Source: a virus (taxonomy: Duplodnaviria > Heunggongvirae > Uroviricota > Caudoviricetes). Taken from it: 23,895 nt of DNA. A program made the translations under genes and the position numbers. The notes below the pieces were generated by a model that saw only the letters and a program-made list of their open reading frames with translations, searched no databases and was not told the origin of the DNA. How positions within the stretch are numbered: position 1 is the stretch's first letter; each line of letters begins with the position of its first letter. Below are positions 8,246 to 17,600 of this stretch, piece after piece. The stretch lies in IMG/VR virus record IMGVR_UViG_2667527698_000003. One strand, 5' to 3'.

Positions 8246-9682
8246 TCAGAATCCTCCTTTCTTCTTGGACTGCGGTTCCTCGCGTTCACGGCGGCGCATT
8301 TCAGCAGACTGTTGGTCTGTGTCATAAATAGCGCCATTTGCCTGAATGCAATACACCGTGCCGGTATTGCCATGACGATTGAGACGAAGGATTAGTTCAG
8401 TTTCACCAGGTGGAACACTGTCATCAAAAGCGCCTTCACGATGGATCCCGACCCAATAATCGCAATCCTGTTCAATCTGCCCTGTATCTCGTGAGTCACT
8501 TGGTAATGGGCGTTTATTGGTTCGGCTTTCCAGTGCGCGGTTAAGCTGTGTCAGAAGCACAACAACGCAATCAAGCTCTTTGGCAAGGTTCTTCAGTCCT
8601 TTGGTGATCATACCGTAAGCAAGGTCGTTGCGATCGGCCTTCTCAGCGGTCATTAGTGTCAGGTAATCGACCAGAATCATGCCAACACATCCTTTTTCTC
8701 GCTTGATTCGACGGCTTTCGCTGACGATTTGAGCCAGAGATAATCCCGGCGTGTCGTCGATGTAAAGCATGTCGATTTCACTCAAGCGATTTGCTGTTTC
8801 TATCGCCCTGTTGAAGTCACCATCGTAATCACCCTGATAGCCGTCATCAGCGTCATTTGTCGCCGGAAGGTAAAAAATATTCGGGTTAACACCTGACTTC
8901 TGTCCTACCAGCTTTTCCAGTATCTGGTCGCCTGGCATTTCAAGACTGAACATCAGAGCGGGCTTTTTCTCATGCACTGCGCAGTTGATTGCCATCTGGC
9001 TGTATAGCGTCGTTTTCCCCATCTTAGGGCGAGCGCCAATGACGAACAGAGAGCCTTTCACCAGACCTTTCGGTGACAGCATCCTGTCCAGAGATGGGAT
9101 CCCTGTGCTCATTCCTCGTTGTTCGCCTGACGGGTCAAATCGCTTCTCAAGGTCGCTAACCCAGTCTTCCATGACCTCACCAAATGAGCGAAGGCCGCGA
9201 CGCGATCCGGTTTTTGCATGGTCTGTCAGTTGCGTGAAAATCGCCTGAATAGCTTCGTACTTCTGCGTTGCAGTCATTCCGTTGCGGGAATAGAGCAATT
9301 CCGTCGCTTCAGTCATGCGGTTTATGGCGTAGCGTTCCATTGCGGTTTCGCGAACCTGCATTGCATAGGCAACGATGTTTGCGGCGCTCGGCGTGTTCTT
9401 TGCGATCTCAGCGATATAAGCAAAACCGCCAACAGACGCCGTTAACGATTTACGCTCCAGTTCATCGAAAAGCGTCAGGCCATCTACTGGCTTTTGCTCC
9501 CGGTGCATTCTGGTTATTTCTTCGAAAAGGATTTTGTGTGGTCGGCTGTAAAATGAATCGGGCTTCAGCATCGCCAGAACTTTCTGGACGCGCTCACTGC
9601 TGTCATCATCCAGAAGCAATCCACCAATCACCGCCTGCTCTGCCTCGATGCTATGGGGCGGCGCATAAAAATTATCGGTCAT
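8246..9682 (-). CDS. Replicative DNA helicase (DnaB family; P22 gene 12-like)
   Basis: 483-aa ORF; DnaB N-terminal and RecA-like motifs (GARPKMGKT, DxxxL); start chosen at MTDNF (9682). Confidence 0.9.
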   Translation of the reverse strand: MTDNFYAPPHSIEAEQAVIGGLLLDDDSSERVQKVLAMLKPDSFYSRPHKILFEEITRMHREQKPVDGLTLFDELERKSLTASVGGFAYIAEIAKNTPSAANIVAYAMQVRETAMERYAINRMTEATELLYSRNGMTATQKYEAIQAIFTQLTDHAKTGSRRGLRSFGEVMEDWVSDLEKRFDPSGEQRGMSTGIPSLDRMLSPKGLVKGSLFVIGARPKMGKTTLYSQMAINCAVHEKKPALMFSLEMPGDQILEKLVGQKSGVNPNIFYLPATNDADDGYQGDYDGDFNRAIETANRLSEIDMLYIDDTPGLSLAQIVSESRRIKREKGCVGMILVDYLTLMTAEKADRNDLAYGMITKGLKNLAKELDCVVVLLTQLNRALESRTNKRPLPSDSRDTGQIEQDCDYWVGIHREGAFDDSVPPGETELILRLNRHGNTGTVYCIQANGAIYDTDQQSAEMRRREREEPQSKKKGGF

Positions 9683-10571
9683 CGTGTTCACCCTCACGAA
9701 CTTTCAGGTAGGTATTATCGTTAAGCAGGAAATCAAATCCCTTTTTGTGCCAGACGGTTCCGCGTTGATGGTTTGGGCGCTCTTCGAACATCCATCGGCA
9801 ATTTTCGCCAACGTAGCTCAAATAATTTCTCCAGTCCTGCATCGTGAACCCATGCCCGTCAAGCTGGCGGGTTATCACTCCGGCTTTGCGCCAGAACGTT
9901 CGGATCTGGTTTTTACGCTTGTCATTCAGTGCGCGGATTCTTGGAGCTTCAGGAAGGATTTCGTGGTAAGCATCGACAACATCCTGACAGCTGACGGAAG
10001 GTTTTTTCTTGTCAGACTTTTTGTCTGCTGTGGCACTCTCTAATACGTCAGTATTAGAGATAATATTATTATATTCTTTATCTGTGGTAATTTGCTGGTA
10101 ATCTGCTGGTACAGCATTGCTTACAGGCATTGGTATTGCTGGCTTTGAGGTGGTAATTTGCTGGTAATCTGCTGGTACAAAATTTGACTGATAATCGTCA
10201 TATTTCTCTACTGAGAAAACTGAGAATTTACCGTGTGAAACCCAGTCAATCATGCCGAGTTTTTTGAACTTTCTAAGCAGGTACTGAACGCGATCTGGTT
10301 TGAGTCCTGTTTCAAACGCCAGAGAGTTTCTACCGCCAAGTAGCTTCCCTCTGCCTACCAGAATTTCTCCTGCGTCAGTCATTACATACTCAGGCGTATG
10401 CTTTGCTTTGAGGATTAAGTGAACCCACAGATGCGCTGCTTCTGCATCCTTGTAAAACGGCACATCCATAATTTTACGGTGCAGCAAGGCATACCCCTTA
10501 CCGCTGCTTTGATGCGGTTGTTGTAGCCTTCTGGCCTCTCTGGCTTCGGCTAGATTAGATATGTTACTCAT
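9672..10571 (-). CDS. Replication initiator O-like protein (P22 gene 18-like)
   Basis: 299 aa; N-terminal replisome-organizer-like region; internal duplicated [10 protein letters not shown] encoded by the iterons; AAGGAG RBS. Confidence 0.8.
   Translation of the reverse strand: MSNISNLAEAREARRLQQPHQSSGKGYALLHRKIMDVPFYKDAEAAHLWVHLILKAKHTPEYVMTDAGEILVGRGKLLGGRNSLAFETGLKPDRVQYLLRKFKKLGMIDWVSHGKFSVFSVEKYDDYQSNFVPADYQQITTSKPAIPMPVSNAVPADYQQITTDKEYNNIISNTDVLESATADKKSDKKKPSVSCQDVVDAYHEILPEAPRIRALNDKRKNQIRTFWRKAGVITRQLDGHGFTMQDWRNYLSYVGENCRWMFEERPNHQRGTVWHKKGFDFLLNDNTYLKVREGEHDDR
10055..10179. repeat. Candidate origin: direct repeats (iterons) plus AT-rich stretch inside the O-like gene
   Basis: tggtaatttgctggtaatctgctggtaca at 10085..10113 and again at 10151..10179, with sub-repeats GCTGGTA; adjacent AT-rich 10055..10082. 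Confidence 0.5.
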
Positions 10572-10710
10572 GACCTTTCTCCTTCTGCATCAGCTTCACT
10601 TTTTCCAACTCAGCCCGGAATCGACCAGGCTGCTTGAAGCTGGACAGGAAGCGATCACGTAGTATGTGTTTGTGAATTTTGTCCTGGTAAGGACTGAGTT
10701 GTTTTGTCAT
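10564..10710 (-). CDS. Small ORF (48 aa) between cII-like gene and O-like gene
   Basis: Manual translation [48 protein letters not shown]; GGAG 6 nt upstream. Confidence 0.4.
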   Translation of the reverse strand: MTKQLSPYQDKIHKHILRDRFLSSFKQPGRFRAELEKVKLMQKEKGHE

Positions 10711-10742
10711 AATTACTCCTGTGGATTGATCCAGTAATTCCC

Positions 10743-11039
10743 TCAGAATTGCATATCAATTTGCTTAAAATCCTCGGTGGCGGCCGGGGATTTTTTCTTT
10801 GTGATTTCATCAAGCGCATACTTAAAAGCCCTGCTAATCGGACTGATGTCTGATGCCATTCCGAAAGCACACAAGACCGAAGCAATAAATCTCCAGTCCG
10901 TTCTGCTTATCTTCGATTCATGACAGCCAATCATCTTTGCCAGACCGCGCTGGGTAAGCGTTGACAGGTTGATGAGTAAATCAGTTTCAGCGCGATCAAT
11001 TTCTCGCTGTGTTGGCTTGCTGTAGCTTGCTTGTGCCAT
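10743..11039 (-). CDS. c1: CII-like transcriptional activator (P22 c1-like)
   Basis: 98 aa; HTH region and position immediately after cro. Confidence 0.7.
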   Translation of the reverse strand: MAQASYSKPTQREIDRAETDLLINLSTLTQRGLAKMIGCHESKISRTDWRFIASVLCAFGMASDISPISRAFKYALDEITKKKSPAATEDFKQIDMQF

Positions 11040-11107
11040 TTGTTAATTTTCCTATATTGATATTGAGTTATAGCGGCACACCCAATGGATTTGCCGCTGA
11101 TGTTTGC

Positions 11108-11148
11108 TCACCCGGTTAGAGGTGAAAGGCCAGAACTGTTAAAGAGCA
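11108..11148 (-). promoter_or_regulatory. nutR-like site (boxA + boxB hairpin)
   Basis: Minus strand TGCTCTTTAACA (boxA-like) followed by stem-loop tcacct-CTAACC-gggtga. Confidence 0.5.
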
Positions 11149-11154
11149 ATTTGC

Positions 11155-11340
11155 TTATGCCGCTTGGCGGTAAGCACTTTCTTGATACTTCAGGGCGCCA
11201 GCTGTAACGATTTCCAATCGATAGGCGTCTTTCTCTGGGATAACTTCTTTCCACTGAGAGACTGCTGCATCGCTAATGCCTAGTGCTTTAGCAACAGCAC
11301 GCTGGGTTCCGAAGTGGTCAATAACATCTTTTTTGTACAT
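11155..11340 (-). CDS. cro: Cro repressor (P22-type)
   Basis: 61 aa, MYKKDVIDHFGTQRAVAKALGISDAAVSQWKE... HTH; divergent from c2. Confidence 0.85.
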   Translation of the reverse strand: MYKKDVIDHFGTQRAVAKALGISDAAVSQWKEVIPEKDAYRLEIVTAGALKYQESAYRQAA

Positions 11341-11420
11341 AGACTCGCTCCGAAATTAAAGAACACTTAAATTATCCACCAAAGGAATCTTAAGTCAAGT
11401 TTATTTAAGATGTCTTAACT
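11341..11420. promoter_or_regulatory. OR operator region with divergent pR/pRM
   Basis: 80-bp cro-c2 intergenic with dyad sites ATTTAAGATGTCTTAACT (11403..11420) and ATTAAAGAACACTTAAAT (~11355..11372); c2 ATG directly abuts the operator (leaderless-like). Confidence 0.6.
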
Positions 11421-12071
11421 ATGAATACACAACTGATGGGTGAGCGTATTCGCGCTCGCAGAAAAGAACTCAAGATTAGGCAGGCTGCCCTTGGCAAGAT
11501 GGTTGGCGTGTCTAATGTTGCTATTTCCCAATGGGAGCGATCTGAAACTGAGCCCAATGGCGAAAACCTATTGGCCTTAGCCAAGGCTTTGCAGTGCTCC
11601 CCTGATTACCTGTTGAAAGGAGAGGATAGTCTTTCAAACATTGCCTATCACAGCAGGCATGATCCAAGAGGTTCGTATCCTCTAATTAGTTGGGTAAGCG
11701 CAGGATGTTGGATGGAAGCTGTAGAGCCATATCATAGGCGTGCAATAGATAACTGGTACGACACAACGGTAGATTGTTCTGAAGACTCTTTTTGGCTCGA
11801 CGTTAAAGGCGATTCAATGACTGCCCCGGCAGGACTGAGTATTCCTGAGGGGATGATTATTCTCGTCGACCCAGAAGTCGAACCACGTAATGGAAAGTTG
11901 GTAGTCGCCAAACTTGAAGGAGAAAACGAGGCGACATTCAAAAAGTTAGTTATTGATGCCGGTAGAAAATTCCTGAAACCACTCAATCCACAATACCCAA
12001 TGATTGAAATCAATGGGAACTGTAAAATCATTGGCGTTGTCGTTGATGCCAAGCTAGCAAACCTTCCTTAA
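11421..12071 (+). CDS. c2: C2 prophage repressor (HTH + S24 LexA-like autopeptidase)
   Basis: 216 aa; N-terminal HTH, C-terminal ...GDSM...K... S24 motifs; recalled as P22 C2. Confidence 0.9.
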   Translation: MNTQLMGERIRARRKELKIRQAALGKMVGVSNVAISQWERSETEPNGENLLALAKALQCSPDYLLKGEDSLSNIAYHSRHDPRGSYPLISWVSAGCWMEAVEPYHRRAIDNWYDTTVDCSEDSFWLDVKGDSMTAPAGLSIPEGMIILVDPEVEPRNGKLVVAKLEGENEATFKKLVIDAGRKFLKPLNPQYPMIEINGNCKIIGVVVDAKLANLP

Positions 12072-12094
12072 GGGGCTTTCGCCCCTTTTTTATT
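12071..12094 (+). terminator. Rho-independent terminator after c2
   Basis: aggggctttcgcccct hairpin followed by TTTTTTATTT. Confidence 0.6.
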
Positions 12095-12160
12095 TCCCGT
12101 TAAAAATCAAAGACAAACTAAATTCACGCCCATAAAATTAAGTTTTCTTCAAAAATGCAC

Positions 12161-12190
12161 TTGACCAATAAATTAAGAAGTCTTAAATTT
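12161..12190 (+). promoter_or_regulatory. pL-like promoter with overlapping OL operator
   Basis: TTGACC - 17 nt - TAAATT; palindrome TTAAGAAGTCTTAA overlaps the -10. Confidence 0.5.
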
Positions 12191-12234
12191 AAGCCATCAG
12201 CAGGACGCTGGAAGCCAAACGGAACAGATTGGCA

Positions 12235-12275
12235 GGCTCTTTAACATCGACGGACTCTCAACCTAACCGTTGAGA
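12235..12275 (+). promoter_or_regulatory. nutL-like site (boxA + boxB)
   Basis: GGCTCTTTAACA then perfect hairpin tctcaac-CTAACC-gttgaga (same loop as nutR). Confidence 0.55.
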
Positions 12276-12385
12276 CCAGAACTTGAGTGGTTTTGGGGAT
12301 GGCGCGAATTGCAGCTGCAAGACAGCGATCGAGAAGATAAGCACCTCGACGCGTCATGCGCCAAAGCCACTTAAAGGAGACCATC

Positions 12386-12691
12386 ATGGTAACCATTGTC
12401 TGGAAAGAATCCAAAGGTACGGCAAAAAGCCGCTACAAAGCTCGCAGAGCAGAACTTATTGCCGAGCGACGCAGTAATGAAGCACTGGCGCGAAAAATTG
12501 CGCTAAAGCTCTCTGGTTGCGTCAGAGCAGACAAAGCAGCATCGCTAGGATGCCTTTGCTGCAAGAAGAAAGAAGAAGTCGTTCGAAAAAATAGAAGTAT
12601 TTATTACAAAGATTCAAACCCATTAGGAAACAAAATACATGCAGTCCAAAAAATAAAATTGTACAGTAAACTACCGTACGGTGCTTATTGA
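12386..12691 (+). CDS. N-like antiterminator (arginine-rich motif) with divergent AT-rich 3' end
   Basis: MVTIVWKESKGTAKSRYKARRAELIAERRSNEALARK...; GGAG 6 nt upstream; C-terminal ~27 codons AT-rich. Confidence 0.65.
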   Translation: MVTIVWKESKGTAKSRYKARRAELIAERRSNEALARKIALKLSGCVRADKAASLGCLCCKKKEEVVRKNRSIYYKDSNPLGNKIHAVQKIKLYSKLPYGAY

Positions 12692-12693
12692 GT

Positions 12694-13032
12694 ATGCTTA
12701 TGGTGAAAAAGACTATTTATGTTAATCCTGACCGCGGACAAAACAGAAAAGTATCTGATAGAGGTCTTACATCTCGAGACAGGAGGAGAATAGCGAGATG
12801 GGAAAAAAGGATAGCATATGCATTAAAAAACGGTGTAACACCTGGATTTAATGCTATAGATGATGGCCCTGAATATAAGATTAATGAAGACCCAATGGAC
12901 AAAGTTGACAAAGCATTAGCAACACCATTTCCTCGCGATGTCGAAAAAATTGAAGATGAAAAATATGAGGATGTAATGCACAGAGTTGTTAATCACGCTC
13001 ACCAACGAAATCCAAATAAAAAATGGTCATAG
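12694..13032 (+). CDS. Hypothetical accessory protein (about 112 aa), AT-rich
   Basis: ORF 12688..13032; basic N-terminal half (DRGQNRKVSDRGLTSRDRRRIARWEKR), acidic C-terminal half; own terminator. Confidence 0.45.
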   Translation: MLMVKKTIYVNPDRGQNRKVSDRGLTSRDRRRIARWEKRIAYALKNGVTPGFNAIDDGPEYKINEDPMDKVDKALATPFPRDVEKIEDEKYEDVMHRVVNHAHQRNPNKKWS

Positions 13033-13055
13033 CCCACTTCGGTGGGTTTTTTATT
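13031..13055 (+). terminator. Rho-independent terminator
   Basis: cccacttcggtggg hairpin + TTTTTTATT. Confidence 0.7.
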
Positions 13056-13067
13056 GTCTGAACAAAC

Positions 13068-13157
13068 CTAATTTACTACCGCAAGCCACGCAGTGAAATG
13101 GGTGTGACTTGTGTTGGTCGCCAGAAAATGAAATTAGGCAGCAAACCACTTATTTGA
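13068..13157 (+). pseudogene. Orphan 3' end of an N-like gene (29 codons, no start)
   Basis: Translates LIYYRKPRSEMGVTCVGRQKMKLGSKPLI*, colinear with the C-terminus of the N-like ORF at 12386..12691 but separated from it by the AT-rich cassette. Confidence 0.5.
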
Positions 13158-13165
13158 GGTGATAT

Positions 13166-13252
13166 ATGGAAGAAGAATTTGAAGAGTTCGAAGAGCATCC
13201 TCAGGATGTGATGGAACAATACCAGGACTATCCGTATGACTACGACTATTGA
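13166..13252 (+). CDS. Tiny acidic Tyr-rich ORF (28 aa)
   Basis: MEEEFEEFEEHPQDVMEQYQDYPYDYDY; GAGGTGA 5 nt upstream. Confidence 0.3.
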   Translation: MEEEFEEFEEHPQDVMEQYQDYPYDYDY

Positions 13253-13322
13253 TAAAAATCAATGGTGTGGACAATACGAACGACGGCAATGATTTCCAGA
13301 GAACTTGGTAAACAGAACAACA

Positions 13323-13350
13323 AGGCTGCCTAATGGCAGCTTTTATTTTT
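13323..13350 (+). terminator. Rho-independent terminator
   Basis: gctgcc-taat-ggcagc hairpin + TTTTATTTTT. Confidence 0.7.
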
Positions 13351-13469
13351 GCCATAAAAAACAGAATAAACACTGCTCTGTGTATTCATTCCAACGAGTG
13401 AATACACGGAGCAATGTCGCTCGTAACTAAACAGGAGCCGACTTGTTCTGATTATTGGAAATCTTCTTT

Positions 13470-13497
13470 GCCCTCCAGTGTGAGGGCGATTTTTTAT
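13470..13497 (+). terminator. Rho-independent terminator
   Basis: gccctc-cagtgt-gagggc hairpin + GATTTTTTAT. Confidence 0.6.
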
Positions 13498-13515
13498 CTA
13501 TGAGGATATGAATAG

Positions 13516-13884
13516 ATGTCAAACATCAAAAAATACATCATTGATTACGACTGGAAAGCATCAATAGAAATTGAAATCGACCATGACGTAATGACAGAGG
13601 AAAAACTTCACCAGATTAATAATTTCTGGTCAGACTCTGAACACCGACTCAATAAACACGGCTCTGTATTAAATGCTGTATTAATCATGCTGGCGCAACA
13701 TGCTCTGCTTATAGCAATTTCAAGCGACTTAAATGCATATGGTGTTGTGTGTGAGTTCGACTGGAATGATGGAAATGGTCAGGAAGGATGGCCTCCAATG
13801 GATGGTAGCGAAGGAATAAGAATTACCGATATCGATACATCAGGAATATTTGATTCAGATGATATGACTATCAAAGCCGTCTGA
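13516..13884 (+). CDS. Hypothetical protein (122 aa), acidic
   Basis: ORF track; GAGGA RBS; preceded by two terminators and a 9-bp-stem palindrome. Confidence 0.55.
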   Translation: MSNIKKYIIDYDWKASIEIEIDHDVMTEEKLHQINNFWSDSEHRLNKHGSVLNAVLIMLAQHALLIAISSDLNAYGVVCEFDWNDGNGQEGWPPMDGSEGIRITDIDTSGIFDSDDMTIKAV

Positions 13885-13993
13885 GCGCTGCGTTACCGCA
13901 TACCAATAACGCTTCACTCGAGGCGTTTTTCGTTATGCAATAAAACAGAAGGAGCATCCTATGTGAAGTGGTCAACAAAAACTGGCCACCGAG

Positions 13994-15141
<1,148 letters not shown>

Positions 15142-15213
15142 TATGGCACCTGTGTTGTTCTGAGGTGAGCATATCACCTCTGTTCAGGTGGCCAAATTCA
15201 GTAAACCACTTCA

Positions 15214-15384
15214 ATGCAACAGTTCGCTATTGCAGGGGCGGCATCGGTTCGCCCTTTCAACCCGATTTTATCGGTACAGCATTCACGAAAAAACATTTTA
15301 ACCGGAGCAGACTTTAAACAACCAAGAATGAAAAGTTTGCTCGAAAAGCTTTGGGATATTTTGAAACAACAAGGCCGTCCATGA
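15214..15384 (+). CDS. CIII-like small protein (56 aa); start codon is the IS target duplication
   Basis: MQQFAIAG...KSLLEKLWDILKQQGRP resembles lambda CIII (MQYAIAG...SLLER...IDILNQPGVP); its RBS (GGAG) is on the other side of the IS. Confidence 0.5.
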   Translation: MQQFAIAGAASVRPFNPILSVQHSRKNILTGADFKQPRMKSLLEKLWDILKQQGRP

Positions 15385-15539
15385 GTTTTACAGATAACTG
15401 GTCAGACGAAGAATTCATTCGTCATATGAAAGAATTAATCGGTAACGAAGGAGATATTCATGTCACTTGCAACCACAGTGAAGGAGAGCAGGTTACAGAG
15501 ACGCATGTACACGCAGAAAGCTCTCTGGTATCGCCATAA
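15381..15539 (+). CDS. Small protein (52 aa) in kil position
   Basis: ATGA overlap with cIII-like stop; MSFTDNWSDEEFIRHMKELIGNEGD... Confidence 0.4.
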   Translation: MSFTDNWSDEEFIRHMKELIGNEGDIHVTCNHSEGEQVTETHVHAESSLVSP

Positions 15540-15640
15540 TGGCGACCGCGAAGGAATGCGGGTATGCCTTAATTTGTCCCGAGTCGAAGTATTAAATCAG
15601 CGTTATTTTCTTGGGCCGTGTCCATTCTGAGATCAAACAT

Positions 15641-16246
15641 ATGAGCAAAGAATTTTATGCAAGGCTGGCAGCCATTCAGGAGAATCTGAACGCGCCAAAG
15701 AATCAGTACAACTCATTCGGTAAATATAAATACAGAAGCTGCGAAGACATTCTTGAAGGCGTTAAGCCGTTACTGAATGGCCTGTTTTTATCAATCAGCG
15801 ATGAAGTTGTGTTGATTGGTGATCGGTATTACGTGAAAGCAACGGCAACTATTACTGATGGCGAAAACAGTCATACAGCAACCGCTCTTGCACGAGAGGA
15901 AGAAAGCAAGAAAGGAATGGATTCTGCACAAGTTACGGGAGCTACAAGCTCTTATGCACGCAAGTATTGCCTCAATGGTTTGTTCGGCATTGATGATGCG
16001 AAAGATGCAGATACCGACGAGCATAAACATCAGCAGAACGCAGCAGCAAAGCAATCAAAACCATCACCTACACCTGAACAGGTTCTAAAAGCATTCACTG
16101 ACGCAGCATTGCAGAAAAACACCGTGGAAGAGCTTAAACAGGCGTTCGCCAAAGCGTGGAAGATGCTCGAAGGCACACCGGAGCAGCACAAAGCGCAGGA
16201 CGTTTACAACATCAGACGAGACGAATTAGAAGGAGCGGCTGCTTAA
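15641..16246 (+). CDS. erf: Erf single-strand annealing recombinase
   Basis: MSKEFYARLAAIQENLNAPKNQYNSFGKYKYRSCEDILEGVKPLL... recalled as P22 Erf-like. Confidence 0.85.
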   Translation: MSKEFYARLAAIQENLNAPKNQYNSFGKYKYRSCEDILEGVKPLLNGLFLSISDEVVLIGDRYYVKATATITDGENSHTATALAREEESKKGMDSAQVTGATSSYARKYCLNGLFGIDDAKDADTDEHKHQQNAAAKQSKPSPTPEQVLKAFTDAALQKNTVEELKQAFAKAWKMLEGTPEQHKAQDVYNIRRDELEGAAA

Positions 16247-16629
16247 TGGCACATTCGATTACTGTAAGACTAAACAAGCCCGCAAGAGAGTTTCAGGCCG
16301 GGGAAAATATCGGATTCAACATCCGTGCTGGCGTTCAGTATTACGATCGCCAGACAAAAAAGAAAGAATGGACAAACTACAGCGCCGTTGTATTTGCCAA
16401 GCCGGGAGCGCAAGCGGATTACTACCGTAGTGTTCTTGTTGAAGGTGGCATTGTAGAAATTACCGGAGAAAACATCAGGGTTGATGTTTATCAGGGGCAA
16501 AATGGTCAATCAATCACTCTTGAATTACTGAATGCAAAGATTGGATTTGCAACCTCAGGAAACAGCCAACAGCAGCAAAGTAGCAATCATCAAAATCATC
16601 CTGAATACGACGATTCAATTCCCTTCTAA
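16246..16629 (+). CDS. Protein with SSB-like C-terminal tail (127 aa)
   Basis: Ends ...PEYDDSIPF, like the SSB C-terminal DDDIPF tip; Gln-rich linker; AGGAG RBS; TAATG overlap with erf. Confidence 0.45.
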   Translation: MAHSITVRLNKPAREFQAGENIGFNIRAGVQYYDRQTKKKEWTNYSAVVFAKPGAQADYYRSVLVEGGIVEITGENIRVDVYQGQNGQSITLELLNAKIGFATSGNSQQQQSSNHQNHPEYDDSIPF

Positions 16630-16652
16630 AGTAGCAACATAAGGATTCCATT

Positions 16653-16946
16653 ATGCCAGCGCCTCTGTATGGTGCGGATGCCCCGCGCCGCTGTTCCGGC
16701 AATTCCGTATCGGAGGTGCTGGATAAATTCAGAAAAAACTACGATCGGATAATGTCGCTACCGCAGGAAACGAAAGAGGAAAAGGAATTTCGCCACTGTA
16801 TATGGCTTGCAGAGAAAGAAGAACGCGAGCGAATTTACCAGACATCAATCCGACCATTCCGCAAAGCCACATATACCCACTTCCCTGAAATTGACCCGCG
16901 CCTGCGTAATTACCGCTCACGCTATGGCGCTATCAGTAATGACTGA
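16653..16946 (+). CDS. Abc2-like (anti-RecBCD) candidate, 97 aa
   Basis: Position after erf and size match P22 abc2; sequence identification from memory only. Confidence 0.45.
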   Translation: MPAPLYGADAPRRCSGNSVSEVLDKFRKNYDRIMSLPQETKEEKEFRHCIWLAEKEERERIYQTSIRPFRKATYTHFPEIDPRLRNYRSRYGAISND

Positions 16947-17121
16947 GGAATTTACCATGAGAGGACTTGCATACAACCCCGGCATTCTTCCGGCAGAAAT
17001 GATTATTCGCCAACGCGTAAAGCCAATGCCATCGAGAGAGGAATTGCTTAAGAGAAATTCTTTTCCATCAGTGAATCAAAACAAGTATCTGAATGCGATG
17101 TTGCGGAGTGGGAAGAAATGA
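16939..17121 (+). CDS. Hypothetical protein (60 aa)
   Basis: ORF 16807..17121, start taken at ATG overlapping previous stop. Confidence 0.4.
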   Translation: MTEEFTMRGLAYNPGILPAEMIIRQRVKPMPSREELLKRNSFPSVNQNKYLNAMLRSGKK

Positions 17122-17600
17122 AACAAATGACACTAATTGAGATGGATGGTTTTCTGAAAGGTAAATGCATCCCACGAGATTTAAAGGTTAACGAAACAAA
17201 CGCTGAATATCTTGTGCGTAAGTTCGGTGAACTTGAATCAAAACTAGAAACGGCGTTGCGGGAGTGTCGTTCTGCTGGAATCACGATTGATAACCTTGAG
17301 GCTAAATGCGCGAAGATGGCTGCTGAAAATACCTCACTTAAGCAATCTGAGAAGGAATTTAATGACTTTTGTCGTGAGGAGTTTAGCGAATGGGAAGATG
17401 ATGTTACTGAAACTCCAGCCACCGATGCTTTCCTGGCTGAAGTACGGGCGCAGGGGGTAGAGATGTACGCAGATAACCTCGACAACGGAGCAGACGACGC
17501 AGAACGAGGTGGTTTTGATTATGCCGTTAAGTTTCTACGCAGTGAAGCATCTAGTGTACGTTTGTTCGCCGACCAGCTTCGCAAAGGAGGCAACCAGTGA
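17118..17600 (+). CDS. Hypothetical protein (160 aa), predicted coiled coil
   Basis: ORF track; ATGA overlap with upstream gene. Confidence 0.55.
   Translation: MKQMTLIEMDGFLKGKCIPRDLKVNETNAEYLVRKFGELESKLETALRECRSAGITIDNLEAKCAKMAAENTSLKQSEKEFNDFCREEFSEWEDDVTETPATDAFLAEVRAQGVEMYADNLDNGADDAERGGFDYAVKFLRSEASSVRLFADQLRKGGNQ

Noticed and set aside
8985-10043. Plus-strand ORFs 8985..9248, 9218..9445, 9268..9711, 9684..10043
   Set aside because: Antisense to the well-supported helicase and O-like genes; Arg/Cys-rich translations typical of reverse-frame artefacts.
10655-10885. Minus-strand ORF 10655..10885 (76 aa)
   Set aside because: Overlaps the cII-like gene in another frame with no RBS; the 48-aa ORF at 10564..10710 with a GGAG RBS is the better call for this interval.
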